From an uncultured virus (IMG/VR IMGVR_UViG_3300003601_000003) (Duplodnaviria; Heunggongvirae; Uroviricota; Caudoviricetes), in the IMG/VR virus record IMGVR_UViG_3300003601_000003: a stretch of 20,000 nucleotides of DNA. The stretch is one strand, 5' to 3'. Positions 6,483 through 15,090 of this stretch are shown here, piece by piece. Below the pieces are notes generated by a model, which ran no database searches, was not told the origin of the DNA, and was given only the letters and a program-made list of their open reading frames with translations. Every line of letters begins with the position of its first letter. Position 1 is the stretch's first letter. The position numbers and the translations under genes were made by a program.

Positions 6483-9350
6483 ATGAGTAAGAATAAAAGT
6501 CATATGCCTAATGGTGGATACACCCTTACTCATGGGTCGAACTATATGATGGATGGATTCCACTTCGACACTGAATANGGTGGAGGACCCCAAGAAAAAG
6601 CTCGGNTACCCGAAGCAAAAGGGTTAGCTGATCTTCCAAGTGGAATGATCCCACTTGACAGTTCTGGTGTCTCGATGATTCCCGATGGAGTAGAACATCA
6701 AGCAGATCTTAATATGGACGAGATCACTCGTGAAGCAACTCAAGATGTGTCTTTAGTAGATCACTCATGGCTCGCTTCACAGCCAGAACCCGACCTAAGT
6801 GGTATGAACGAGATGGAACAGGTTTATAAAGACCTCGCTGACGGACACATGAATAATGAATCTAATAATCAGCTCAAAGTACTTGAAAAGTCATGGGGTC
6901 AAACAAGCACTACAGGTCTTGACATTATCCCCAATGAGAATAGACGACACGCTCCATATAGGAATACCTATAGTGATGAGCAATCTAATTTACCTGGTGA
7001 TGACTATCGTGAAGAGATGGAGCGTAACATCCGTAAGCTCGCTTATGGACACCCTATGAATGTCGTACTCTCTGAGGTAGATGAGTCTCAAGTCCTAGAG
7101 GTTAAAATCAAGCTCGCTTCTGAGTACGGTCTACATGGTCGTGTTTATGTTAAAGAAGAACACTTTCCTGGTCTTTTCAATGGTCGGTGGGACGAAGTTA
7201 TCAACAAGCGTTGTGCTACTGCAATGTATATCATCCCTAAAAACAAAGACTGTGCCTTTGATCGCTTCTTAGGTATGCAAGTCGTTAATGAGATCCCTTG
7301 GAAAAAAGCCTCTAAGAATCTACTCCCTAAGTTAGAATCTTATGGCGTTCGTCTTGCATCAGGGTCTGCTAAAACTCGTTTAAAGAAAGCCTTTATTGAC
7401 CTCCTTGAAGGTAGGGTCGCTCGACAAGACAAATCAGCGACATGGTTTCCGACACAGATCGACCAATCTAGCCTTATCTCTCTTGACCATGCTCGAAGAG
7501 AACTAGAGGACGCTAGAGAGGAAAACATCTTCGTTGCTTCATATGAAGATGTTGAGCAATCAAAAATAGATAAAAAACTCAATAGGATCGCAAGTCAACT
7601 CGTCAATCAAGGATTTCTTGAGGGTGAGCAGGTAACAGCAGTTGTGGAGTCTAATAGGACAAGCTCAAAGAAGATCGAAAGACTTTATGAGTTAGCGAGT
7701 ATACCTGTGGACTCTAGCTCTTATGATGGTCAAGGCATAGGTGCTAAAACTCATACCCCACATAAAAGCAAGATCGAAGAGAACTTTAAGACTCGCTCTC
7801 AACTGAACCTCGAACAACGACACGCTTCTGCTAAAGATAAAATTGGTCGTATCGTTAAAGCAAGAATGATTACAGCCCAAGAAGCATCTTCGATTTCCTC
7901 AAGACAAGAAACACCAGAAGATAAAGTTAAAGCAGTATTCAATCATATCGCTAAAAACATCAAAAACCTAGCTTCTACTTATGAAGGTCAAGGTACTGAT
8001 GTGAAACTATTGCTCCCTACTAGAAGTGACATTCAGAGCGACTTTAAGACTCGCTCAGAGATCACTATGGAGCAAAGGTTTGCTAGAGCGAAAGATAAGA
8101 TTGCTCGCATAGTTAAAGCTGGTCTTATTTCAGCTCAAGAGGCGAACACAGTGATCGCCAAACATAAGACACCTGAAGATAAGGTTCGTGCTGTCTTTAA
8201 TAGTATCGCACACAAGGTAGATGATTACTCTGATTATGAAGGTCATGGTAAGAACGCTTCGTACCATAATATGCGTAAACATCGGACAAACGCAGATGTG
8301 TATATACCTCAAAAAGGCGTTCGTGAACTCGCTCATAGACAAAAGATGGCTATGGAGCAGTTGTCGAACCTCGTAACCTCTGGATTGATCACTGTTGAAA
8401 AAATACAAGAAGTATCTAAAGGCAAAACACCAGAAGATAAGGTCGCCTCTGTACTAAGGTATATCGCAAAACCTATCGAATCGAAAGATTATGATGGTGT
8501 GGTTTCTACGGCACATATCATAACTGCTAGAAACAAACTACCAACCGAGAATGTGAAAGCAACTTCGGTATCTGAGGGCAGGAAGATCGCTTCTAAAGTG
8601 GATGTTTACATCTCAAACGGTCTTATCTCAAAAGAAGATGCTAGTCATGCCTTTACCCTTAAAGGTTCTGAAAAGTTCAAAGAGCTTTATCGCCTTGTCG
8701 TTAAAGGTGCTTCAGCTAAGAAGTCTGACTTCAAAGGTCAAAAGTTTGAAGCTCACATTGCGAAAAGAGCTTCTGCACCAACCAAGACTGCACATGAAGC
8801 ACAGTCAGATAAAGTAGCAACATGGCTTCGTCAAAAAATCAGCGAGGGTTCAGCAGGAGAAGAGTTAGATGCCTTACTCCCAGCTCGCTTCTCACAGGAC
8901 ATCTTGAAATCTCATTCTGATCGTATTGCCTCTGTTAGATCTAAACATGAAGGTCTATCGGGTCATGCTTATGTCGATGCTACTGCCTACATGACAAAAG
9001 GAACAGACGGATGTGATAAAGGGGCGTTAGTTCATAGGGCTAACCAAATCCCTACTCTTCTCAAGACCTCAAAATGTGGTTCGTGTGTATTCAACACAGA
9101 TGGGACTTGTCAGAAATATAACAAGCTTATCATCGCTTCAGCAGATGAAATCGTTGAAAGTCCTCAGTCTTATCAACAGGAGATGATAAGACTGGCTAAT
9201 GCAAGTGATAGTGAGCAAACAGCATCACTATTTGTTAATAACTATGACGCTAATGAGTTTAACTTAACTGCAAGTGATGAGGTGTCTATTGACGATGCCC
9301 CTTCAAATGAACAGTTAGGAGATGTTCTCTTTGGTGGCTTTGAATTATAA
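6483..9350 (+). CDS. Large hypothetical protein (955 aa) with ~5 internal repeats and a C-terminal Cys cluster
   Basis: Repeats of type K(I/L)xxxVxxGLI...(K/E)TPEDKV...YEG(Q/H)G; C-terminal GCDKG...KCGSC...CQKY. Two N bases (6578, 6606); codon TAN at 6576-6578 is assumed to be Tyr. Confidence 0.75.
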   Translation: MSKNKSHMPNGGYTLTHGSNYMMDGFHFDTEXGGGPQEKARXPEAKGLADLPSGMIPLDSSGVSMIPDGVEHQADLNMDEITREATQDVSLVDHSWLASQPEPDLSGMNEMEQVYKDLADGHMNNESNNQLKVLEKSWGQTSTTGLDIIPNENRRHAPYRNTYSDEQSNLPGDDYREEMERNIRKLAYGHPMNVVLSEVDESQVLEVKIKLASEYGLHGRVYVKEEHFPGLFNGRWDEVINKRCATAMYIIPKNKDCAFDRFLGMQVVNEIPWKKASKNLLPKLESYGVRLASGSAKTRLKKAFIDLLEGRVARQDKSATWFPTQIDQSSLISLDHARRELEDAREENIFVASYEDVEQSKIDKKLNRIASQLVNQGFLEGEQVTAVVESNRTSSKKIERLYELASIPVDSSSYDGQGIGAKTHTPHKSKIEENFKTRSQLNLEQRHASAKDKIGRIVKARMITAQEASSISSRQETPEDKVKAVFNHIAKNIKNLASTYEGQGTDVKLLLPTRSDIQSDFKTRSEITMEQRFARAKDKIARIVKAGLISAQEANTVIAKHKTPEDKVRAVFNSIAHKVDDYSDYEGHGKNASYHNMRKHRTNADVYIPQKGVRELAHRQKMAMEQLSNLVTSGLITVEKIQEVSKGKTPEDKVASVLRYIAKPIESKDYDGVVSTAHIITARNKLPTENVKATSVSEGRKIASKVDVYISNGLISKEDASHAFTLKGSEKFKELYRLVVKGASAKKSDFKGQKFEAHIAKRASAPTKTAHEAQSDKVATWLRQKISEGSAGEELDALLPARFSQDILKSHSDRIASVRSKHEGLSGHAYVDATAYMTKGTDGCDKGALVHRANQIPTLLKTSKCGSCVFNTDGTCQKYNKLIIASADEIVESPQSYQQEMIRLANASDSEQTASLFVNNYDANEFNLTASDEVSIDDAPSNEQLGDVLFGGFEL
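7570..8760 (+). repeat. Approximately five degenerate ~70-86-aa protein repeats inside the 955-aa gene (boundaries approximate)
   Basis: TPEDKV occurs three times. FKTRS...EQR...AKDKI occurs twice; ACTTTAAGACTCGCTC at 7783 and 8041, 258 nt apart. Confidence 0.75.
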
Positions 9351-9361
9351 GGAGATAAGAT

Positions 9362-10027
9362 ATGCTTTCCTCTTACAGTCGTAGGGTCGTTGCTTCCCCT
9401 CAGTTCAAAATGCTCGTTGCTCATTTAAAGAAGTCCTCTGACCCATCAAAAGGAGAAGCAGGAAATCCCGAACCAATTCGTCAAGTTTTTGAAACACAAG
9501 TGATCACCACTAATATGGGTACTGCTGTACTTGGTAATATAGACGCAAGCACTAACCAAGTACGCATTAAGGTAGAGACAACTGACTTCGGTAATGAGAA
9601 TCTCGGCAACGCTCCACCCTTTTATGATCAAGACATTATTCAAGTTCAAACATCTGGATATATTGATGTTGATCGGATCAATGCCCTTAAAGCAGGAACT
9701 CACTTTGGTCGAGGTGAAGGCGAGAGTGCAGGTAACATCAATGATGTAGCCTCTGATCTCGCTCTCGTTTTAAATGACTCGGTGACCGATATTACTGCGA
9801 GTGTAGACCCCCAAAATCTTAACCATGTTCTTGTGCGTAGTAATGAAGTTTCATCCGCTTTATTTATCAAAGTATATAGCTTCTCTTACTTACTCTTAGC
9901 AGGCACACCTCCTTTTATTATTGAAGATATGGATGGCAACACCCTTTATGACCCGACAGCTACAGAAGGTGGTGCAGGTGTTCTTTTAGTGCGACCGAAT
10001 GGTATATTACCTATGAATGAGTCCTAA
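9362..10027 (+). CDS. Hypothetical protein (221 aa), possibly structural
   Basis: AAGGAG RBS, beta-rich composition, located in the packaging block. Confidence 0.7.
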   Translation: MLSSYSRRVVASPQFKMLVAHLKKSSDPSKGEAGNPEPIRQVFETQVITTNMGTAVLGNIDASTNQVRIKVETTDFGNENLGNAPPFYDQDIIQVQTSGYIDVDRINALKAGTHFGRGEGESAGNINDVASDLALVLNDSVTDITASVDPQNLNHVLVRSNEVSSALFIKVYSFSYLLLAGTPPFIIEDMDGNTLYDPTATEGGAGVLLVRPNGILPMNES

Positions 10028-10045
10028 TAAGTTAAGGAGGTTTAT

Positions 10046-10732
10046 ATGTCAATCCCCATACCAGCGGGTGCTACAAGAGTTCAAGTAGAAGATGAGTATG
10101 GTAAACTAATTTGGCGAAAGCCCTCCGAAATCCTAGACACCGACACAATACGCATTAACTTTAAGACAGGCGAACCTTACGCTATGTTTGGTAAGCCAGG
10201 TCAACCAAGTTCTAATAGTGCAAATGTCAAACAAACACCTGTAAATACACCTTATATACATCCATCAAACCCACAGGCAAACATCAATCAACTACAGCAA
10301 CGCAAACAAGCGAAACTAAATAGCGATGCTGTATTTGATCAGACAAAGAAAAATGCCGATTCCTCTGAGGTATTGACTAATGTATTAGTTGGTTTAGCAG
10401 AAGAGTCTGCCTCACTTGCTTTTGAAAGAGAAGAAGCAGAGCGTAGGGGTGAATCCACATCTCAGATTTCTCTAAGGAGAGTAAATGCCTTAAAAGCTGT
10501 GGGTGACACTTGGATCAAGAAAAAAGAGATAATGTCGTCTAAATCCTTAGACTTAGAGTCTAAAGCTTTTAGGCAAGTTTTTGGACACATCGCTGAAACA
10601 TTCCGTAAAGCGTGTGATGAAGCAGGGGTAAGACCCGAACTAGCAGAGAGTGTTTTTGCTACCTTCGGAAAGATGGTAGATGACCCAGATTGGATGCAAG
10701 ACGCTAAAAAGGCTATGGAGCGTGAGAAATAA
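10046..10732 (+). CDS. Hypothetical protein, candidate terminase small subunit
   Basis: AAGGAGG RBS; helical C-terminal half; stop overlaps the terL start (TAATG at 10730-10734). Assignment is positional only. Confidence 0.5.
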   Translation: MSIPIPAGATRVQVEDEYGKLIWRKPSEILDTDTIRINFKTGEPYAMFGKPGQPSSNSANVKQTPVNTPYIHPSNPQANINQLQQRKQAKLNSDAVFDQTKKNADSSEVLTNVLVGLAEESASLAFEREEAERRGESTSQISLRRVNALKAVGDTWIKKKEIMSSKSLDLESKAFRQVFGHIAETFRKACDEAGVRPELAESVFATFGKMVDDPDWMQDAKKAMEREK

Positions 10733-13700
10733 TGAGTTTATCTTCGGTTGCGATCTCTGCAAGTGCTAGGGCAGGTAAGAAATCAGAAAAAGACGCAGAC
10801 ATCATAGAATTTGTGGAAGCATCTTGGGGATTAAAGATGACTTTGTTTCCCGTACAAAGGGTAATCCTTAAAGCACATTATGGTCTTGAGCTTGATGATG
10901 AAAAGACATTTGAAATATCTGATTGGACTAGGACCAAAATAGAGACACATACCGAGAAATCATATCTTCGTAAGATATATGAAGATGGTCGTTGCAATAT
11001 AGGTGAGGTAATACCTGGGAAACAACGAAGAGAAATGATCCTCTCTATTGGTCGTAGGTCTGGTAAATGTGTGACAGGTGAGACACTCATACCCACAAAT
11101 AAAGGATTGGTTCGGATTGACTCTTTAGGTGATCCCAACGGGGATGAAATACAACCACTACAAGTTAATGTCGCACAAGAGTGTGGGACAACCTCTAGGT
11201 CGGCTTATTTTTATAACGGAGGTGTTAAACCTACTAAATACCTAGAGACATTCTGTGGGTACAGGATCGAGGGTACAGGAAATCATCGCATTAAAGTGAT
11301 GACTCCCGAATGTAAGATCGAATGGAAGTATCTTGAAGAGATTGAAAATGGTGATGTGGCTTGCATCAATAGATCCAGTCAGCTTTGGTCTAATGACTAT
11401 GTGGATGTAAGTCAGCACCACACTGAAAAAGATCAACCTAAATATCTTGATGAAACTTGGGGAGAGTTATTAGGATTATTAGCAGGTGACGGTCACTGGA
11501 CAAATGAGAAAGCAGTTGGTATAACAGTAGGTGAGAAAGCCTTTGAGCCTTACCTTATGTCTTTATTTCGTAACCTCTTTGGGAAAGTCTCTTATCACCC
11601 AGATAAGCGTAAGGTTGATGTCGGTCAAGTGTTAGCCTACGGGAAAGACCTAAGAAAGTTCCTCGATAACTTAGGTTGGGTAATCGACTGCACGACTAGA
11701 ACTAAAAGTGTTCCACATACAGTCCTTAAATCCCCTATGTCTGTAGTATGTGCTTTCCTTAGAGGACTCTTTGAAACAGATGGTTCGGCTTATGACTCTG
11801 CCATTACTCTTTCTACTGCTTCTTATCAACTCGCACATGAAGTACAACTTTTATTACTAAATGTCGGAATCGTATCCAATCTCTCTAAAAGCAACCGAGA
11901 AGATAGAACAGAACATCGAATAAGAGTCAAAGGATCAAAGTCTAAGAGACTTTTCGCTAGACACATAGGGTTCATATCAGAAAGAAAGAAAAAGTGCCTT
12001 GAAGGGGTATTATCAACAGTCTCTTATAGGGGAGGTAATGAAGGAGTACCATTCTTTTACGAGTATGTTGAACGACTAAAGAAGTTCCACCCCTATCTCA
12101 AACATGACTTAAGTCCTACAACTAAATACACACCCTATTGGAAGATCAAGAAGGTCGCAGACCATTCGGGTTTAAATCAGACCACAAAGTCTCAACTATA
12201 TAACCTCATCGACCGCGATTACTTTTTCGACCCTATCATCAAAGTAGAACAGCGTGAAGCTCATGTCTTTGATCTGAATGTGCCTAATGGATCAATGTTT
12301 ATCGGCAATGGGTTCACTAACCATAATACTACGATTTCAGCCTGTATCGCCGCTTATGAAACCTACAAGTTGATCAAAAAAGAAAACCCACAAAAGTTTT
12401 ATGGACTACCCGCAAGTAATAATATCCAAATCATCTCGGTCGCCACAGATAAAGACCAAGCAGGTTTGCTTTACCAAGAAGTATCAGGTCATTATCGCTC
12501 CTGTGCTTTTTTTGGCCCCTACACTGCAAATAATACTCTCTCCTATGCCAGATTCCAAACACCAGCAGATGTAGAGAAGTATGGTAGATACATTGAGAAC
12601 CAAGACGCTAAAGCTACTCTTAAAATCACCTTTAGATCTTGTGTCGCTAAAGGTCTTCGTGGTGCAGGTAATATATGCGTCATTCTTGATGAGGTTGCTC
12701 ACTTTACTGAAACGGGTCAATCGGGAGCAGAGGAAGTATATAACGCTGTTGTACCATCGACATCTGCTTATTCAGCTAAAGACCCAGAGAACCCAACGAT
12801 CCCTATTGGTGAAGTAGAGGGTCGTATCATTCTTATCTCTTCACCTTTGGGTAAACAAGGTCTGTTCTATAACCTCTTTATGATTGGTATGGGTGGTGGT
12901 CGGGCAGGAGATAATATCCTCGCTGTCCAAGCACCTACTTGGGAAGTAAATCCCACTGTACCTGCACAAGAGTTCGAGAAGCATTACCTCAAGAATGCGG
13001 CAGTCTTCTTCACAGAGTATGGTGGGGAGTTCACAGACAGAACAAGAGGGTGGATTACTGACGAGCGTGATCTATTATCTTGTATTGACCCTCAGTTAAA
13101 ACCACAAATGGGAGCACCAGCTAGAAAACCGCACTTTATGGGAATCGACTTGGGTCTTGTAGGTGACGGAACCGCAATTGCTATTGGACATCTCGAAGGT
13201 GAAGAAATCGTTGTAGATCTCGTAGCTCAAATTAAAGCAGGAGAGGGTATCTATCACGATAAAGAACGATTGGAGTTTGATGATGTCGCGGATTGGGTAC
13301 TAGAGTTTACAAAGAAGTTTTATATTCAAGAGGGAATGTTTGACCAATGGGCAGGGATTCCTTTCCAACAGGCACTTGAAAAGCGAGGTCTAAAAAACCT
13401 CAAATCTACTAATATGACTAAACAGATCACCTCACAAATGTATCAGAACTTTAAGGACATGATGTGGGATCAAAAGGTCAAACTCTACAATCGACCTAAC
13501 TATGAAACAGAAGGACATGAACCGTATATCCAAGAACTCTTAGAGCTTCAACAAACGGTGCATGGTAAACACCTCATAACTGTCGAAGCTCCACAAACTA
13601 AAGGTAAACATGACGATATGTCGGACGCAATTGTACGCATGGCATGGCTCGCCTCTAATAACATCGGCAAAGGGCGATACTTCGCTTCAGGGTCTAAAGG

Positions 13701-13857
13701 AAGTAGACAATTCAGACACCCTATGGCAGGTGGTAAAACCTTTGCTACAGGTGGAAGGTATACAGGTCGAAGTGGGTCTGACGCTAAAAGGGTTGCACCT
13801 AAATCACCTCGCTATAGCCTAAGAGACTCTATCAATGGTCGCTTTGGGAAAAAGTGA
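10732..13857 (+). CDS. terL: Terminase large subunit, intein-containing (621 aa after predicted splicing)
   Basis: Walker A GRRSGK|T, Walker B VILDEVAHF, ILISSP coupling motif, RNase H-like FMGIDLG..DGTA and HDDMSDA. Confidence 0.92.
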   Translation: MSLSSVAISASARAGKKSEKDADIIEFVEASWGLKMTLFPVQRVILKAHYGLELDDEKTFEISDWTRTKIETHTEKSYLRKIYEDGRCNIGEVIPGKQRREMILSIGRRSGKCVTGETLIPTNKGLVRIDSLGDPNGDEIQPLQVNVAQECGTTSRSAYFYNGGVKPTKYLETFCGYRIEGTGNHRIKVMTPECKIEWKYLEEIENGDVACINRSSQLWSNDYVDVSQHHTEKDQPKYLDETWGELLGLLAGDGHWTNEKAVGITVGEKAFEPYLMSLFRNLFGKVSYHPDKRKVDVGQVLAYGKDLRKFLDNLGWVIDCTTRTKSVPHTVLKSPMSVVCAFLRGLFETDGSAYDSAITLSTASYQLAHEVQLLLLNVGIVSNLSKSNREDRTEHRIRVKGSKSKRLFARHIGFISERKKKCLEGVLSTVSYRGGNEGVPFFYEYVERLKKFHPYLKHDLSPTTKYTPYWKIKKVADHSGLNQTTKSQLYNLIDRDYFFDPIIKVEQREAHVFDLNVPNGSMFIGNGFTNHNTTISACIAAYETYKLIKKENPQKFYGLPASNNIQIISVATDKDQAGLLYQEVSGHYRSCAFFGPYTANNTLSYARFQTPADVEKYGRYIENQDAKATLKITFRSCVAKGLRGAGNICVILDEVAHFTETGQSGAEEVYNAVVPSTSAYSAKDPENPTIPIGEVEGRIILISSPLGKQGLFYNLFMIGMGGGRAGDNILAVQAPTWEVNPTVPAQEFEKHYLKNAAVFFTEYGGEFTDRTRGWITDERDLLSCIDPQLKPQMGAPARKPHFMGIDLGLVGDGTAIAIGHLEGEEIVVDLVAQIKAGEGIYHDKERLEFDDVADWVLEFTKKFYIQEGMFDQWAGIPFQQALEKRGLKNLKSTNMTKQITSQMYQNFKDMMWDQKVKLYNRPNYETEGHEPYIQELLELQQTVHGKHLITVEAPQTKGKHDDMSDAIVRMAWLASNNIGKGRYFASGSKGSRQFRHPMAGGKTFATGGRYTGRSGSDAKRVAPKSPRYSLRDSINGRFGKK
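11068..12327 (+). mobile_element. Intein with LAGLIDADG homing endonuclease (420 aa)
   Basis: Starts CVTGETLI, has TGNH block B, two LAGLIDADG helices (LLGLLAGDG, FLRGLFETDG), ends VFDLNV...GNGFTNHN followed by Thr. Removing it restores GRRSGKTT. Confidence 0.93.
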
Positions 13858-13866
13858 TTACAACGA

Positions 13867-14301
13867 TTAGTAGTTTTCTTGAGCCTCTTTACCCGCTTTG
13901 TACTCATAAAGCAGTTCACTTCGATCAGTCAAACCGACTTTCCATGTGTATTCTAAGTTATTTAAAGAAACACCATTCATGCCCATGTAGTAAACGATTT
14001 CTATGATAGCTCCGTCCAAGTCTTTGATCATAGACTCTTGGTTGAGGTATCTTGAAAGTATCTCGATGTTAAGGATGAAATTTTCTTTATCTTCTTCCGA
14101 ACCCTTTACCATTCTTTCCTTAGCAAAGTTTAAAAGTTGTTTGGTGTATGTATTGCGATGGTCAAGACCCAAGAAATAATCCTCGTGCTTACTCTCCATC
14201 ATCTCTAAGAAATGTTTAGGGGTGAGTCTTGCAGACTGACGCTCTAAACGAGCAATCCTCATCTCAAGGTTTCTTATTATTTCTGAAGCTGATCTTTTCA
14301 T
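13867..14301 (-). CDS. Leader-tagged hypothetical protein (144 aa)
   Basis: Starts MKRSASEIIRNLEMRIARLE at 14301 after a GTGGGGA RBS; upstream motif at 14345-14356. Confidence 0.8.
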   Translation of the reverse strand: MKRSASEIIRNLEMRIARLERQSARLTPKHFLEMMESKHEDYFLGLDHRNTYTKQLLNFAKERMVKGSEEDKENFILNIEILSRYLNQESMIKDLDGAIIEIVYYMGMNGVSLNNLEYTWKVGLTDRSELLYEYKAGKEAQENY

Positions 14302-14329
14302 AAGAGTTTCCCCACTTTGTTTAATGTAA

Positions 14330-14360
14330 CACTTATTGACTATCATAAATAAACTACAAA
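14330..14360. repeat. 31-bp exact direct repeat, copy 1 (contains the upstream motif)
   Basis: CACTTATTGACTATCATAAATAAACTACAAA, identical to 14872-14902. Confidence 0.9.
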
Positions 14361-14382
14361 TCAAATGGGGGGTGCATTTGAT
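14360..14382 (-). terminator. Possible weak terminator/hairpin after the 14403-14837 gene
   Basis: 8-bp stem ATCAAATG/CATTTGAT with a 7-nt loop, followed by a T-rich run on the minus strand. The stem is AT-rich, so support is weak. Confidence 0.3.
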
Positions 14383-14402
14383 GATTGGTGGAAGTCTTAA
14401 GA

Positions 14403-14837
14403 CTATTCGTTGCTTCTAATTCTTTTAAAGAAGTTAGGGTTCTTCATAATCAAGCTGGCGATCCCTGCTGACTCAATCTCAATTTGATAAGCCACGAGAC
14501 CAGTATCTCGTAAACTTCCACTCTCAACCTCGTAGTCAATGCGACAGTTGAATACAAAATAATCACCTCCACCCATCCAAGACAAATCAAAATCACCAGG
14601 CACTTTTCCTTTAGCTATAATCTGATCCATCATCTTATCTTTGCAGTAAGAGAAAATGGCTTGTAGATCATTTACACCCTTAACAGACTTTTTGAAGTCA
14701 TCCTTCTCCATATCATGCTCTACAGATACAACACGAGCATTAAAGGATGAATCATTATCCCAACCTGCCGATTTGTTTTCAAGACGAGCAATACGACCCT
14801 CAAGGTTTCTAATCACTTCACTAGCTGATCTTCTCAT
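14403..14837 (-). CDS. Leader-tagged hypothetical protein (144 aa)
   Basis: Starts MRRSASEVIRNLEGRIARLE; AATGGAGAAA RBS; full upstream element at 14838-14898. Confidence 0.82.
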   Translation of the reverse strand: MRRSASEVIRNLEGRIARLENKSAGWDNDSSFNARVVSVEHDMEKDDFKKSVKGVNDLQAIFSYCKDKMMDQIIAKGKVPGDFDLSWMGGGDYFVFNCRIDYEVESGSLRDTGLVAYQIEIESAGIASLIMKNPNFFKRIRSNE

Positions 14838-14871
14838 ATCATTTCTCCATTTGGTTTAGGGTTAAAGAGAT

Positions 14872-14902
14872 CACTTATTGACTATCATAAATAAACTACA
14901 AA
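14872..14902. repeat. 31-bp exact direct repeat, copy 2
   Basis: Identical to 14330-14360. Confidence 0.9.
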
Positions 14903-14932
14903 CTTTAGGGTTTGTGATGCAGATCTTCTCAT
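14885..14932 (-). pseudogene. Truncated leader-only cassette (MRRSASQTLKFVVYL*)
   Basis: Has its own motif (14982-14993) and AATGGAGAA RBS; ATG AGA AGA TCT GCA TCA CAA ACC CTA AAG then runs into the 31-bp repeat and stops. Confidence 0.75.
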
Positions 14933-14949
14933 AATGGTTCTCCATTTGT

Positions 14950-15023
14950 TTAAGAATAAAGAGATCTCCTATGGATAACCTATAAATAAACTATCAATAG
15001 TTCTGGTTCTCCCAAGTCGCTGT
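14950..15023. repeat. 74-bp exact direct repeat, copy 1
   Basis: Identical to 16129-16202; includes an orphan copy of the last 10 codons (TATWENQNY*) of the 458-aa gene plus the upstream motif. Confidence 0.92.
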
Positions 15024-15090
15024 CTTGTATCGCAACCCCCCTAAAAACACAATCAATTCTAGATTCGGGAAAAAGTAGGAGGGGGGGGTA

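Noticed and set aside
1319..14364. Longer ORF-track starts at 1319, 2115, 2856, 4161 and 14364
   Set aside because: They run through the upstream element or a neighbouring gene; RBS position and the shared leader indicate starts at 1364, 2142, 2820, 4227 and 14301.
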